Positions 1-9,533 of a DNA stretch of 64,000 nt are shown here, one piece after another. The translations under genes and the position numbers were made by a program. How positions within the stretch are numbered: the stretch's first letter is position 1; every line of letters begins with the position of its first letter. Source of the DNA: an uncultured Erysipelotrichaceae bacterium (GTDB taxonomy: Bacteria; Bacillota_I; Bacilli_A; RFN20; CAG-826); assembly GCA_900316365.1 (NCBI GenBank), contig ONCO01000003.1, positions 26,825 through 90,824 on the forward strand, read 5' to 3'. Under the pieces are notes generated by a model. It was not told the origin of the DNA, searched no databases, and worked only from the letters and a program-made list of their open reading frames with translations.

Positions 1-834
1 TACGCGAAGATTAATCTCTCCCTCAAAATCACCGGTCAACGTGAAGAGGATGGCTACCATTTATTGGAGCTAGTTAACCTCCCGATCGACCTCTTCGATA
101 CCATTGAGGTCCAGAAAGTCGATTCCTGGTCTTCTTTCGTCACCACCGACGACCCGGATTTGATGCAGATTCGCGAGAATCTTTGCAAAAAGGCCCTTGA
201 TAAGATGCGTGATTTCTACGGCTTCAAAGACCAATTCCGCATCATGATTCATAAGGATATTCCATTCGCTGCTGGCTTAGGCGGAGGTTCCTCCAATGCC
301 GCGGCGGTCATTCTTGCCATTAATAAGATTCTTCGCCTCAACGCGAAGAAATCCGACTTACATCAGATTGCCTTATCATTAGGCACCGATGTCCCATTCT
401 TCCTTGATCCAAAACCAGCTTTTGTCTCTGGCGTTGGCGAGAAGATTGAGCCAATTAAGGTTAAGAAGCAGTATTACTGCTTACTCGTTAAGCCAAACAA
501 AGGTCTTGATACCCAGAAGGTCTATCAGGCCTCTGATAAATTCCCGAAAACCAGAATCGACACCGAAGAGGTCATCAAAGGCCTCGCGATGGGCGATGAT
601 GAGATGATCGAAAGATGCTGCGGCAACGACTTGATGTCCGCGGCGGAAAGCCTCTGCCCAGAAGTCGGTCAGGTCTTCGCGATGTTAAAGAAAGATGGCT
701 TCTACCTCTCTAACATGACTGGTTCTGGCTCTACCTGCTTCGCCCTCTCTAGCGACCTCAAGAAATGCAGAGAAGCGGTGAAAAGATACGAAAGACTCGG
801 TTATATCGTCCACCTTTGCAAAACCATGAAGTAA
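1..834 (+). CDS. ispE: 4-diphosphocytidyl-2-C-methyl-D-erythritol kinase, 5' end cut by window edge
   Basis: Frame 1 is open from nt 1 (YAKINLSLKITGQREEDGYHLL, IspE N-terminal signature), so the TTG at 64 in the ORF track is internal. GHMP-kinase loop PFAAGLGGGSSNAAAV. TAA at 832-834. Confidence 0.85.
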   Translation, partial: YAKINLSLKITGQREEDGYHLLELVNLPIDLFDTIEVQKVDSWSSFVTTDDPDLMQIRENLCKKALDKMRDFYGFKDQFRIMIHKDIPFAAGLGGGSSNAAAVILAINKILRLNAKKSDLHQIALSLGTDVPFFLDPKPAFVSGVGEKIEPIKVKKQYYCLLVKPNKGLDTQKVYQASDKFPKTRIDTEEVIKGLAMGDDEMIERCCGNDLMSAAESLCPEVGQVFAMLKKDGFYLSNMTGSGSTCFALSSDLKKCREAVKRYERLGYIVHLCKTMK

Positions 835-835
835 G

Positions 836-857
836 ACTCGGCTCGTCCGAGTTTTTC
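836..857 (+). terminator. intrinsic terminator after ispE
   Basis: Stem ACTCGG/CCGAGT followed by TTTTTC. Confidence 0.6.
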
Positions 858-881
858 TTTTGTCTAATAGACATAAAGAAA

Positions 882-908
882 GGCCCCTCATTTCTGAGGA
901 GCCTTTTT
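882..908. terminator. bidirectional hairpin terminator between convergent ispE and ppdK
   Basis: GGCCCCTCA-tttc-TGAGGAGCC, flanked by an A-run upstream and a T-run downstream. Confidence 0.6.
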
Positions 909-926
909 GCTCATTGGAAGGAAAGC

Positions 927-3593
927 TTATTTGGCTTTCTTTTCGCGGGTGTGGATGATGTTCGCCTGAGCAGCAGCTAAGCGAGCAAGTGGGACACGGA
1001 ATGGAGAGCAGGAGACGTAGTCGAGGCCAACGGCATCATAGAACATGATGGAAGCTGGGTCGCCACCGGTTTCGCCGCAAACACCGATAAGGAGGTTTGG
1101 ACGGGTGGCACGGCCACGCTCGACAGCGATCTTAACGAGTTCGCCGACACCGTCGACATCGATGGTCTGGAATGGGTCGAATTCGTAGATCTTGCGATCA
1201 TAGTAGAACGGTAAGAACTGACCGGCATCGTCACGGGAGAAGCCCATGGTGAGCTGGGTTAAGTCGTTGGTACCGAAGGAGAAGAACTCAGCGTCTTTGG
1301 CGAGATCCCCGGCACGGAGAGCGCCACGCGGGATTTCGATCATGGTGCCGACGTGATAGACGAGCTTTCTGCCCTGTTTGGCAAATTCGTCTTCGACAGC
1401 GGCGACGACGGTTTTCTTGGCCCAGAGGTATTCTTTGGATTCACCAGCAAGTGGGATCATGATCTCTGGCTCGATTTCCTTACCGAGTTCGTTGGACGCT
1501 TTGATGGCGGCCTGGATGATCGCACGGGCGAGCATCGCGTAGATTTCTGGGTAAGCAACGCAGAGACGGATACCACGGAAGCCCATCATTGGGTTGGCCT
1601 GGTGTAACTGGTTGATACGATCTTTGACCTTCTGTTCGGAAACGCCGAGTTTTTCAGCGATTTCCTTGATGTTCGCTTCGTCGTGGATTTCTGGTAAGAA
1701 TTCGTGGAGTGGCGGGTCAAGGAGACGGATGTTAACCATGGAGTCTGGGTTGGCCATATACATCTCGTAGAAGTCACCGACCATGAATGGACGGATTCTT
1801 TCGAGAGCGGCTTCACGCTGCTCGGTGGTATCAGAGAGAATCATAGAACGCATGTTGAGGATGCGGTCTGGAGCGAAGAACATACGCTCGGTACGGCAGA
1901 GACCGATACCTTCAGCAGCGAAGTTCTGAGCATTCTTGGCGTCTTCTGGGGTGTTGCAGTTCGCACGGACCTTGAGGCGGCGATACTTGTCAGCCCAACC
2001 CATTAAGCGACCGAAGTCGCCACCGAGGTCGGCTGGGACCATCTTGATCGCGCCTTCATAGACGAGACCGGTGGAACCGTTGACGGAGAGGACATCGCCT
2101 TCTTTGTAGACTTTGTCACCGACTTTGACGGTCTTTTCTTCTTCGTTAACGATGATTTCAGTAGCACCAGCGACGCAGCACTTACCCATGGAACGGGCAA
2201 CGACAGCGGCGTGGGAGGTCATACCACCGCGAGCGGTGAGGATGGCTTCGGAGTTGACCATACCGATGATGTCTTCTGGGGAAGTTTCGGCACGGACAAG
2301 GACGACCTTCTTGCCAGCATCATGCCATTCTTTGCAGGTGTCAGCGTCGAAGACGATCTGGCCGGTGCCAGCGCCTGGGGAGGCTGGGAGACCATGGATG
2401 ACTGGATCATGGGCTTTGAGGTCGGCGTCGTCGAAGGTTGGGTGGAGTAAGTCATTCAACTGCTTCGGTTCGACGCGGAGGACGGCTTCCTGTTCGTCGA
2501 TGAGGCCTTCATCAACGAGGTCGCAAGCGATCTTGAGAGCGGCACGGGCAGTTCTCTTACCGTTGCGGGTCTGGAGGAAGTAGAGGGTACCCTTTTCGAT
2601 GGTGTACTCCATGTCCTGCATATCGTGGAAATAGTTTTCCATGCGCTTGATGGTGGCCATGAATTGCTCATAGACCTCAGGCATTCTCTTCTTTAATTCG
2701 TCGATGTGAAGAGGGGTACGAACGCCAGCGACGACGTCTTCGCCCTGAGCGTTTGGAAGGAATTCAGCGTAGATCTGCTTTTCGCCGGTCGATGGGGAAC
2801 GGGAGAAAGCGACGCCGGTACCGGAATCTTCACCCATGTTGCCGAAGACCATGGACTGGACGTTGACGGCGGTGCCCCATTCATATGGGATGCCGTTCAT
2901 CTGACGATAGACGTTGGCACGTGGGTTGTCCCAGGAACGGAAGACCGCGGAGACGGCTTCGCGGAGCTGTTCGTATGGGTCGGTTGGGAAGTCTTCACCG
3001 AAGACATCCTTGTAGTATTTCTTGTATTGGGCAACTAAGCCTTTGAGCTGCTCGGTGGTAACTTCGGTGTCGAGCTTGTAACCGTTCTCTTCCTTGAGTT
3101 TGTCGAGCATCGCGTCCATCTGAGTACGTGGATGGCCTTTGGCGATGTTGGTGAACATCAAGATAAAGCGACGATAAGAGTCCCAAGCAAAGCGATCGTT
3201 ACCAGCGAATTTCGCGAGCTTTTCGACGACGACGTCATTGAGACCGAGGTTGAGGATGGTATCCATCATGCCTGGCATAGACTGTCTGGCGCCAGAACGG
3301 ACGGAGACGAGAAGTGGCATAACGCCATCTTCGACACCGCCGAAGGATTTGTGGTTGTTCTTCTCAACGTCATGGACGTGAGCCACAATGTCGTTCCACA
3401 CGTAATCTGGGATCTTCTTGCCAGATTCGTAGTAGAGAGTGCAAGCATCGGTAGTGACGGTGAAACCGGCTGGGATTGGAACACCAGCGGCGGTCATCTC
3501 GGCAAGACCGAAGCCTTTTCCACCAAGGATGTCCTTGCCAACTTTGGCTTCGTGGGCTTCCTTGAAGGAGTATACATACTTCTTTTCTGCCAT
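927..3593 (-). CDS. ppdK: pyruvate, phosphate dikinase
   Basis: 888-aa ORF. Phospho-His motif TARGGMTSHAAVVARSMG. C-terminal PEP/pyruvate-binding domain (LIGVCGETGGDP). AGGAGG SD just upstream on the minus strand. Confidence 0.95.
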   Translation of the reverse strand: MAEKKYVYSFKEAHEAKVGKDILGGKGFGLAEMTAAGVPIPAGFTVTTDACTLYYESGKKIPDYVWNDIVAHVHDVEKNNHKSFGGVEDGVMPLLVSVRSGARQSMPGMMDTILNLGLNDVVVEKLAKFAGNDRFAWDSYRRFILMFTNIAKGHPRTQMDAMLDKLKEENGYKLDTEVTTEQLKGLVAQYKKYYKDVFGEDFPTDPYEQLREAVSAVFRSWDNPRANVYRQMNGIPYEWGTAVNVQSMVFGNMGEDSGTGVAFSRSPSTGEKQIYAEFLPNAQGEDVVAGVRTPLHIDELKKRMPEVYEQFMATIKRMENYFHDMQDMEYTIEKGTLYFLQTRNGKRTARAALKIACDLVDEGLIDEQEAVLRVEPKQLNDLLHPTFDDADLKAHDPVIHGLPASPGAGTGQIVFDADTCKEWHDAGKKVVLVRAETSPEDIIGMVNSEAILTARGGMTSHAAVVARSMGKCCVAGATEIIVNEEEKTVKVGDKVYKEGDVLSVNGSTGLVYEGAIKMVPADLGGDFGRLMGWADKYRRLKVRANCNTPEDAKNAQNFAAEGIGLCRTERMFFAPDRILNMRSMILSDTTEQREAALERIRPFMVGDFYEMYMANPDSMVNIRLLDPPLHEFLPEIHDEANIKEIAEKLGVSEQKVKDRINQLHQANPMMGFRGIRLCVAYPEIYAMLARAIIQAAIKASNELGKEIEPEIMIPLAGESKEYLWAKKTVVAAVEDEFAKQGRKLVYHVGTMIEIPRGALRAGDLAKDAEFFSFGTNDLTQLTMGFSRDDAGQFLPFYYDRKIYEFDPFQTIDVDGVGELVKIAVERGRATRPNLLIGVCGETGGDPASIMFYDAVGLDYVSCSPFRVPLARLAAAQANIIHTREKKAK

Positions 3594-3726
3594 TTTGTCC
3601 TCCTAATTGACAAAAGTTAGGGTTTTTATAAAACCCAGCGCAAGAATATTAACACAGCAAAAGGCCCAGAAGAACCAAAAAGCGCGCAACTTTCCTCTTT
3701 AGAGGACTATTCACCGATTTATCGTT

Positions 3727-4926
3727 TTATTTGTTCAGTATTTTTTCTACCGCGAGCAGTAGATCGTCCGCTTCAAAGTCCGCTTTAGCGTCTGGGAAAC
3801 GCTTCCTAGGTCTTGGGTCGCCACAGAGCAATAAAGCAGCGTGCGTTCCAGCATTTAATCCCGTTTGTACGTCTTGAGTTGTATCTCCGACCATCCAAGA
3901 GGAGGCGAAATCGATGTTGTAACGTTCTTTTGCTTTCAGCAACATCCCGATTTTTGGCTTTCTGCAATCGCAGGAAGCATTCCATTCCTTGGTCTTGTCG
4001 ATATCGTGAGGGCAGAAGTAGATGTCGTTTACATAGCAGCCTTCCTGCTCCAAAAGAGTCTCTAAGCGGCAGTGGATTATGTCCAAGGTCTCTAGAGTAG
4101 CTTCTCCTCTAGCGACGATTGGCTGGTTGGTGACAACGATAGGGATGTATTCGGAGTCATCAATTAAGCGGATAGCCTCCGCGGACTTCTTCATGAGGAT
4201 GAGCATGTCTGGACGGACGACGAAATCACCGAAACGGTTAATCGTTCCATCCCTATCAAGGAAGATGGCCTTTTGAGGGTTCTTGAGGTTTCTCTTTTCT
4301 GGGATTCCTCTTTTGATCGCGTCTTCGATTGCTTTTGTATCCGTTAAAACGCGCGCGTATTCGGACGTGTGATAGATACCGCTTAAGCCATCAACGCGGG
4401 CAGGCATGACGATGTCCTTAAAGAAGGAGCAAGCCGTATTAGCAGGGGTTAAGGCAAAGACCTCAGGGCTAACGATATAGATTCCTAAGTCAACGAGGTT
4501 ATGGACATCGAAGCCTCTTTTCTCGTCTTCTAAGATTGCGTTTCTTAATAAAGAATTCTCGCCTTCGATGAGGACGCGTTGACCTTTAAGTGGGACTCTT
4601 GGGCCAGCGAAGATGGTGATCCAGTTATTGGAGGAGCGGTGGTGCTCCAACGCCCTCTTTAAATCGACGTTGAAGAAAATTGGGGCGGGAATGTATGCGA
4701 AATTAGAGGAAATCTCCTTGCTTAAAAGAGAAAGAACACCTCCATCTCCTAAGCCAGGGTCTTTAATAAAAACCACGTTCTCTGGAAGAACTGCTGGTTC
4801 CTTGGCGCCCACTAAAAAGATCGTGGTTACGCCGTTATCTCTAAGGTTTTCGATATTCCAGGCGAGGAGGCTTTTGCCACCTATAAGCTGGAAGGAAGAA
4901 TCATTGATTCCGAGAACTGCTTTCAT
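3727..4926 (-). CDS. bifunctional-looking protein: HddC/RmlA-like sugar-phosphate nucleotidyltransferase domain (degenerate G-loop) fused to a GmhB-type HAD-IIIA phosphatase
   Basis: C-terminal half: FLDRDGTIN, VVTNQPIVARG, CDCRKP, MVGDTTQDVQTG (HAD-IIIA/GmhB pattern). N-terminal half: GLGDGGVL, FFNVDL, DLGIYIVSPEVF resemble NTP-transferase blocks, but the GGxGxR loop is missing. Confidence 0.6.
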   Translation of the reverse strand: MKAVLGINDSSFQLIGGKSLLAWNIENLRDNGVTTIFLVGAKEPAVLPENVVFIKDPGLGDGGVLSLLSKEISSNFAYIPAPIFFNVDLKRALEHHRSSNNWITIFAGPRVPLKGQRVLIEGENSLLRNAILEDEKRGFDVHNLVDLGIYIVSPEVFALTPANTACSFFKDIVMPARVDGLSGIYHTSEYARVLTDTKAIEDAIKRGIPEKRNLKNPQKAIFLDRDGTINRFGDFVVRPDMLILMKKSAEAIRLIDDSEYIPIVVTNQPIVARGEATLETLDIIHCRLETLLEQEGCYVNDIYFCPHDIDKTKEWNASCDCRKPKIGMLLKAKERYNIDFASSWMVGDTTQDVQTGLNAGTHAALLLCGDPRPRKRFPDAKADFEADDLLLAVEKILNK

Positions 4927-5013
4927 ATTTTTATCTTAGTTTCTCGTAGTTCACACAAAAAGCATATTTTGTCTCGTCTAGGTGTTATCATTACTTCGTT
5001 TTAGGAGTTTCTT

Positions 5014-6561
5014 ATGTCTGAGCCACTAGTTTTAACGATTGATTTCGGCACGCAATCGGTTCGTGTTTCCATTTTCGATAATAAAGGCACCATCCTTGCC
5101 ATGGAGAAAGAGACCTATGATCCAGCTTACTACTCTGCTAAGCCGGGTTATGCCGAACAAGACCCTGACTATTATTACGATTGCCTTTGCCACTGCACGA
5201 AGAGGATTGTTAAGAAAAACCCAGAGTTGATCGAAAGGGTCGCTGGTATCACCGAAACCTGTTTCCGTGATTCCGCCGTCTTGCTCGATAAAAACGGCAA
5301 TGTCATCCGCCCGATGATCCTTTGGTTAGACCAACGCTTTGCCCAGTGCAACAAGAAACTCCCGCTCACCGCTAGACTTGCCTTTAACCTCGTTGGTATG
5401 GCCAAAGTCATCGACATGAATCGTAAGCGCACGGTTTCCAACTGGTTGATTGAGAATGAGCCGGAGAATTGGAATAGAGTCGATAAGTATTTGGCTGTTT
5501 CGACCTATTTTGTCTATCGCTTAACCGGTCAAATGAAAGACAGCGCAGCTAACCTCACTGGCCATTACCCAATCGATTTCAAGAAAAAGAAGTGGTATCC
5601 AAAACCTGATAAACACCTCAAAGGACAGATTTTCTCCATTAAGGAATCCATGCTCTGCGAGATCGTTCCTGAAGGCGACAAGATTGGCAACATCCTTCCG
5701 AAGGCCGCGAAAGAAACCGGTCTCCCAGAAGGTCTTCCAATATTCGCCGCCGGTAGCGATAAATCCTGCGAAACATTAGGCACGGGTGTTGTTGATTCCG
5801 ATTATTTGGCGGTCTCTTTAGGCACCGCGTGTACCGTTGAAACGACTGTTACGAAATACATCGAGCCGATTAAATTCTTGCCATGCTACCCAGCCTGCGT
5901 TGATGGTTACTACAACATGGATGTCCAGATCTATCGCGGTTTCTGGATGATCAACTGGTTCTTGAAGGAATTCGGTGCGACCGTCATCGATGATGTCACC
6001 CTCAGCGAATATGTCGCGGATGACTTCAACAAGGAGATGATGACCATTCCAGCTGGAAGCGGTGGTTTAGTCTTACAGCCGTTCTGGGGGCCTCTCCTTG
6101 ACAGACCTGCCGTTAAAGGCGCGGTCGTCGGCTTCAATGACAGCACCAGAAGAATCCATTTCTATAAAGCCATCATCGAAGGCATTGGTTATGCCTTAAG
6201 AGAAGCGGCGGAAGGATTCGAGAAGAAACTCCATAAAGGTTTTAGAGGAGTCCGTATTTCTGGTGGCGGTAGCTTAAGTCCAGAAATCTGCCAGGTTATG
6301 GCGGACATCTTTGGTCTCCCAGTCACCAGAGTCCAGACCAATGAAGCGTCTTCTTTAGGCGCCGCGATGGCGGCCTTCATTGCCCTTGGAACCTATCATG
6401 ATCCAAAGGATGCGGCTAAGAACATGGTCACGATTCGCGATACATTCCAGCCTAACTTCGTCAATCACCAGGTCTATAACAAACTCTACAAAGACGTTTA
6501 CCTTAAGCTCTATCCATCTTTAAAGTCTTCCTACCAATATCTTTGGAATTTCGCTAAGTAA
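5014..6561 (+). CDS. FGGY-family carbohydrate kinase (substrate unknown)
   Basis: 515 aa. FGGY N/C architecture (LTIDFGTQSVRVSIFD, GSDKSCETLGTG, RISGGGSLS). AGGAG SD upstream. Confidence 0.8.
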   Translation: MSEPLVLTIDFGTQSVRVSIFDNKGTILAMEKETYDPAYYSAKPGYAEQDPDYYYDCLCHCTKRIVKKNPELIERVAGITETCFRDSAVLLDKNGNVIRPMILWLDQRFAQCNKKLPLTARLAFNLVGMAKVIDMNRKRTVSNWLIENEPENWNRVDKYLAVSTYFVYRLTGQMKDSAANLTGHYPIDFKKKKWYPKPDKHLKGQIFSIKESMLCEIVPEGDKIGNILPKAAKETGLPEGLPIFAAGSDKSCETLGTGVVDSDYLAVSLGTACTVETTVTKYIEPIKFLPCYPACVDGYYNMDVQIYRGFWMINWFLKEFGATVIDDVTLSEYVADDFNKEMMTIPAGSGGLVLQPFWGPLLDRPAVKGAVVGFNDSTRRIHFYKAIIEGIGYALREAAEGFEKKLHKGFRGVRISGGGSLSPEICQVMADIFGLPVTRVQTNEASSLGAAMAAFIALGTYHDPKDAAKNMVTIRDTFQPNFVNHQVYNKLYKDVYLKLYPSLKSSYQYLWNFAK

Positions 6562-6585
6562 GTGCTTTCCGCCTATTGAGTAGTT

Positions 6586-6609
6586 GCCCCACATTAGTGG
6601 GGCTTTTAT
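6586..6609 (+). terminator. intrinsic terminator after FGGY kinase
   Basis: GCCCCAC-atta-GTGGGGC followed by TTTTAT. Confidence 0.8.
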
Positions 6610-6619
6610 AATCGCCAGT

Positions 6620-7411
6620 ATGAATCTGTTGGTGTTTGATGTAGATGGAACCCTCCTCCCATTCGGGCAGGAATTACCTAGCAAAGAGACCATCAAGGCC
6701 GTCAGCGAGCGACTTGCCAAAGGCGATGTCGTCGCGATTGCCTCCGGTCGTCCTTTCCCTGCTATCAAACGCTTCCTCGAACTCTTCGGTCCGGGCGAGA
6801 AATACGTCATGGCCGCGAACGGTGCTGCCGTTTATGACATAGAGGGAAATGTAATCGAAATTAATGGTATTACCCTTGGCGATTTTCATTCCTTCGTTAA
6901 GAGACATCACGATTTGATTGATCGTGGGGCGCATGTCTATTGCTACATGCCGAGCGAGCTTGGTTATTACTACTTCAACGAATCTGTTGAATGGGAGATT
7001 AATTGCAACCATTTCCCGGGTAAAGATTTAAGCAAGCACCCGATGAGTGATGACGCCCCATTGCTTAAGATGATGGTTTCCGCCTCTCCTTCCCTTATCG
7101 ACACGATCGTTGTCGATGATGTTGATAAAACCTTCAATGTCTTAAGGACTGATCCGCATTACCTTGAGTTCATGAATCCAAAGGCCGATAAGGCTACGGC
7201 AACCGAGATCATCCGTCTCCGTTTAGGTCTCGACAAGGAACATGTCTATACCTTCGGTGACCAGGGAAATGACCTCAGGATGATTAAGGAATATCAGGGC
7301 GTTGCGATGGGCAACGCGATTGATTCCGTTAAGCAAGCGGCGAAGTACATTACGAAAAACGATACCGATGAAGGTATCGCCTACGCCCTGCGTAATTTCA
7401 TCAAAGATTAA
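6620..7411 (+). CDS. Cof-type HAD-IIB phosphatase
   Basis: Start moved to ATG 6620 (MNLLVFDVDGTLL) because the ORF-track start at 6584 lies inside the preceding terminator hairpin. C-terminal GDQGNDLRM motif. Confidence 0.8.
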   Translation: MNLLVFDVDGTLLPFGQELPSKETIKAVSERLAKGDVVAIASGRPFPAIKRFLELFGPGEKYVMAANGAAVYDIEGNVIEINGITLGDFHSFVKRHHDLIDRGAHVYCYMPSELGYYYFNESVEWEINCNHFPGKDLSKHPMSDDAPLLKMMVSASPSLIDTIVVDDVDKTFNVLRTDPHYLEFMNPKADKATATEIIRLRLGLDKEHVYTFGDQGNDLRMIKEYQGVAMGNAIDSVKQAAKYITKNDTDEGIAYALRNFIKD

Positions 7412-7998
7412 CGTACGGGGGCCTTATTTAGCATCCCTAAGACGATGTCAAAGGAACTAAGGAGGTCCTTTTTCTTTAACTTCATCTTATAGGCGGATTC
7501 GATAAGGTAGATGGTGGTGGCCACGATCTCTTTGACGTCGCCTCCAAGAACCTTGCCTTCGCCTTGGCCTTCTTTGACGAATTTGGTGAAGAGCTTTTTG
7601 GTGGCGATTCTTTTCTTAATCTTTGGGCTGAGTTTAGCTTCGTCTTCGACGCTTAAAGATAACAATGCATAATAGACCGCCGGACCCTTACCGACCTTTA
7701 GGGCCGATTCGTAATAGGCGATTAAGGCATTAAGTCCAATCCAGCCGGATAAGGAGTTAAGTTCTGCAAACGGCGGGAGATATTTCTCATCCGCATCATT
7801 GAGTAATTCGAGGAAGATTTCCTCTAAAGAGGAATAGTAATGGTAAAAGAGGCCGTGAGAGGAATCGCTGGCTTTGCAGATATCATCGACGGAGACGCCA
7901 GAAAAACCTTCGTTAGCGAACAACGAAAGCGCGGCTTTCTTAATCGCAGCCTTACGTTTTTCCTGCAGAGCTTTAGTTTGTTCCAGAGTCTTCGGCAT
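7408..7998 (-). CDS. TetR/AcrR family transcriptional regulator
   Basis: 196 aa. N-terminal TetR HTH (AALSLFANEGFSGVSVDDICKASDSSHGLFYHYY). Overlaps the end of the upstream DUF368 gene by 26 nt. Confidence 0.8.
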   Translation of the reverse strand: MPKTLEQTKALQEKRKAAIKKAALSLFANEGFSGVSVDDICKASDSSHGLFYHYYSSLEEIFLELLNDADEKYLPPFAELNSLSGWIGLNALIAYYESALKVGKGPAVYYALLSLSVEDEAKLSPKIKKRIATKKLFTKFVKEGQGEGKVLGGDVKEIVATTIYLIESAYKMKLKKKDLLSSFDIVLGMLNKAPVR

Positions 7999-8926
7999 TT
8001 GTTTCTTCGACTGCCTTCTGGGCAGACATCTTCTTTTTGACTAAGAAAAGCATCAGGACGCAACCACAGATTAAGAGGGCGGCACCTAAGACGTAATGCC
8101 ACCACGGATTGCCGCCTTCGTAATAAGGAAGGGTGTCCTTGTTGATAAACATGGAGACAAAGCTACCGAGGATTAAACCGAAAACGGTGGTAAAGGTGCC
8201 TTGATGATGTTTTTCCATGAGGTTGTGCATGATTTTGGCGAAGGCGATTAAGCCAACGACAACGCCGACGAAGAGGATAAGGGTAAGGATGATGCCGGTG
8301 CCGATTCTCTCGTGATTATGGATCATGGAATCTGGTCCGCTATAGAGAGCGACGACTGGGTTATATAAGCCAAAGATGAAGAGAACCATGGATCCGGAGA
8401 TGCCAGGGAGTAAGCACGCGACCGCGGCAACAAAGCCAATGAAGAAAGTGACTACATAAATGTAAGGATTCTCATTCGGGGCCATGAAGGCGGCGCCGAA
8501 ATCAAACCAATTGAATTTGCCCGCTAAGGCGGAGACGACACCGATGCCTGCAGCGATAACGAAACCAACAGAAATACGTACAAAGTCGGCTGCTTTTAAT
8601 TCTTTCCATGGGATTTCCTTAACGATAATCGGAAGTCCACCGAGAATTAAACCGGCTAATAAAGCGATGATTTCAAATGGCGCGTAATCCTTCAAATGGG
8701 AATATCCCCAGAGCAAGATAACTGCGCTGATGACAGTACCCAAAGCGATCGGAAGGAGGGCTAAGAAAGAGACCCAGAACTTCTTCAATAACCCCGAGAT
8801 GGAGTTAAGCAATTTGTCATAAACGTTGACGATAATGCCGACCGTGCCGACAGAGACTCCAGGAAGAATGCCAGTGCCTAAGGCAGCACCTCTCCCGAAA
8901 TCGAGAAACCAATCTTTAACTTTCAT
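7973..8926 (-). CDS. DUF368 family membrane protein (polyprenyl-phosphate translocase family)
   Basis: 317-aa polytopic ORF with the two DUF368 half-repeat motifs (GILPGVSVGTVG and LLPGISGSMVLFIFGLY). Confidence 0.75.
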   Translation of the reverse strand: MKVKDWFLDFGRGAALGTGILPGVSVGTVGIIVNVYDKLLNSISGLLKKFWVSFLALLPIALGTVISAVILLWGYSHLKDYAPFEIIALLAGLILGGLPIIVKEIPWKELKAADFVRISVGFVIAAGIGVVSALAGKFNWFDFGAAFMAPNENPYIYVVTFFIGFVAAVACLLPGISGSMVLFIFGLYNPVVALYSGPDSMIHNHERIGTGIILTLILFVGVVVGLIAFAKIMHNLMEKHHQGTFTTVFGLILGSFVSMFINKDTLPYYEGGNPWWHYVLGAALLICGCVLMLFLVKKKMSAQKAVEETNAEDSGTN

Positions 8927-8987
8927 ATCGTTAAATATACGTTTTTTCCGAGTGCTTTCCTAGTTGTTGTGTTACTATTTTTTCGCT

Positions 8988-9533
8988 ATGCGAACACTTG
9001 TTATTTACGAAAGCCAATCCGGCAACACCAAACGTTATGCGGAAGACATCGCCAAGGCGGTCTCTGCCGACATCCTTCCACGTAAGAAATTTAAGGCGAA
9101 GATGATCAAGAATTACGACGTCATCGTCTTCGGTGGTTGGGTTAGAGGCACTCAGATCGTTGGTCTCAACGACTTCTTGGCGTTTTACGACGACATGGAC
9201 GGCAAAGACATCATCATCTTCTCCGTCGGTATGTCTATGGCTACCCCTGAAATGAGGAAGAACCTTATCTCCTCCAATATTCTCGACCTTTATCACGTCC
9301 GTTATTACGCCTTCCAGGGCGGTTTCGACTTCTCCAAACTCAATTGGAAGAACAAATTCTTGTTTAACACCGCGATCCGCCAGATCGAGAACGATCCAAA
9401 CGCCACCGCGGACATGAAGATGGCCTCCTACGTCAAAGACCACCCAATCAACTATTACGATGAGGCGAAGGTCAACCGTGTTATCGAAGTCATCAATAAG
9501 CTTTCCTTAGAGAAAGCGGGAAAAAGCGCATGA
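8988..9533 (+). CDS. flavodoxin-fold protein
   Basis: Start moved to ATG 8988 (MRTLVIYESQSGNTKRYAEDIA, classic flavodoxin N-terminus). TGA stop overlaps the pth start. Confidence 0.7.
   Translation: MRTLVIYESQSGNTKRYAEDIAKAVSADILPRKKFKAKMIKNYDVIVFGGWVRGTQIVGLNDFLAFYDDMDGKDIIIFSVGMSMATPEMRKNLISSNILDLYHVRYYAFQGGFDFSKLNWKNKFLFNTAIRQIENDPNATADMKMASYVKDHPINYYDEAKVNRVIEVINKLSLEKAGKSA

Noticed and set aside
8931-9443. 170-aa ORF antisense to the flavodoxin-fold gene
   Set aside because: It is an antisense shadow. The plus-strand ORF has the classic flavodoxin N-terminus and is translationally coupled to pth.
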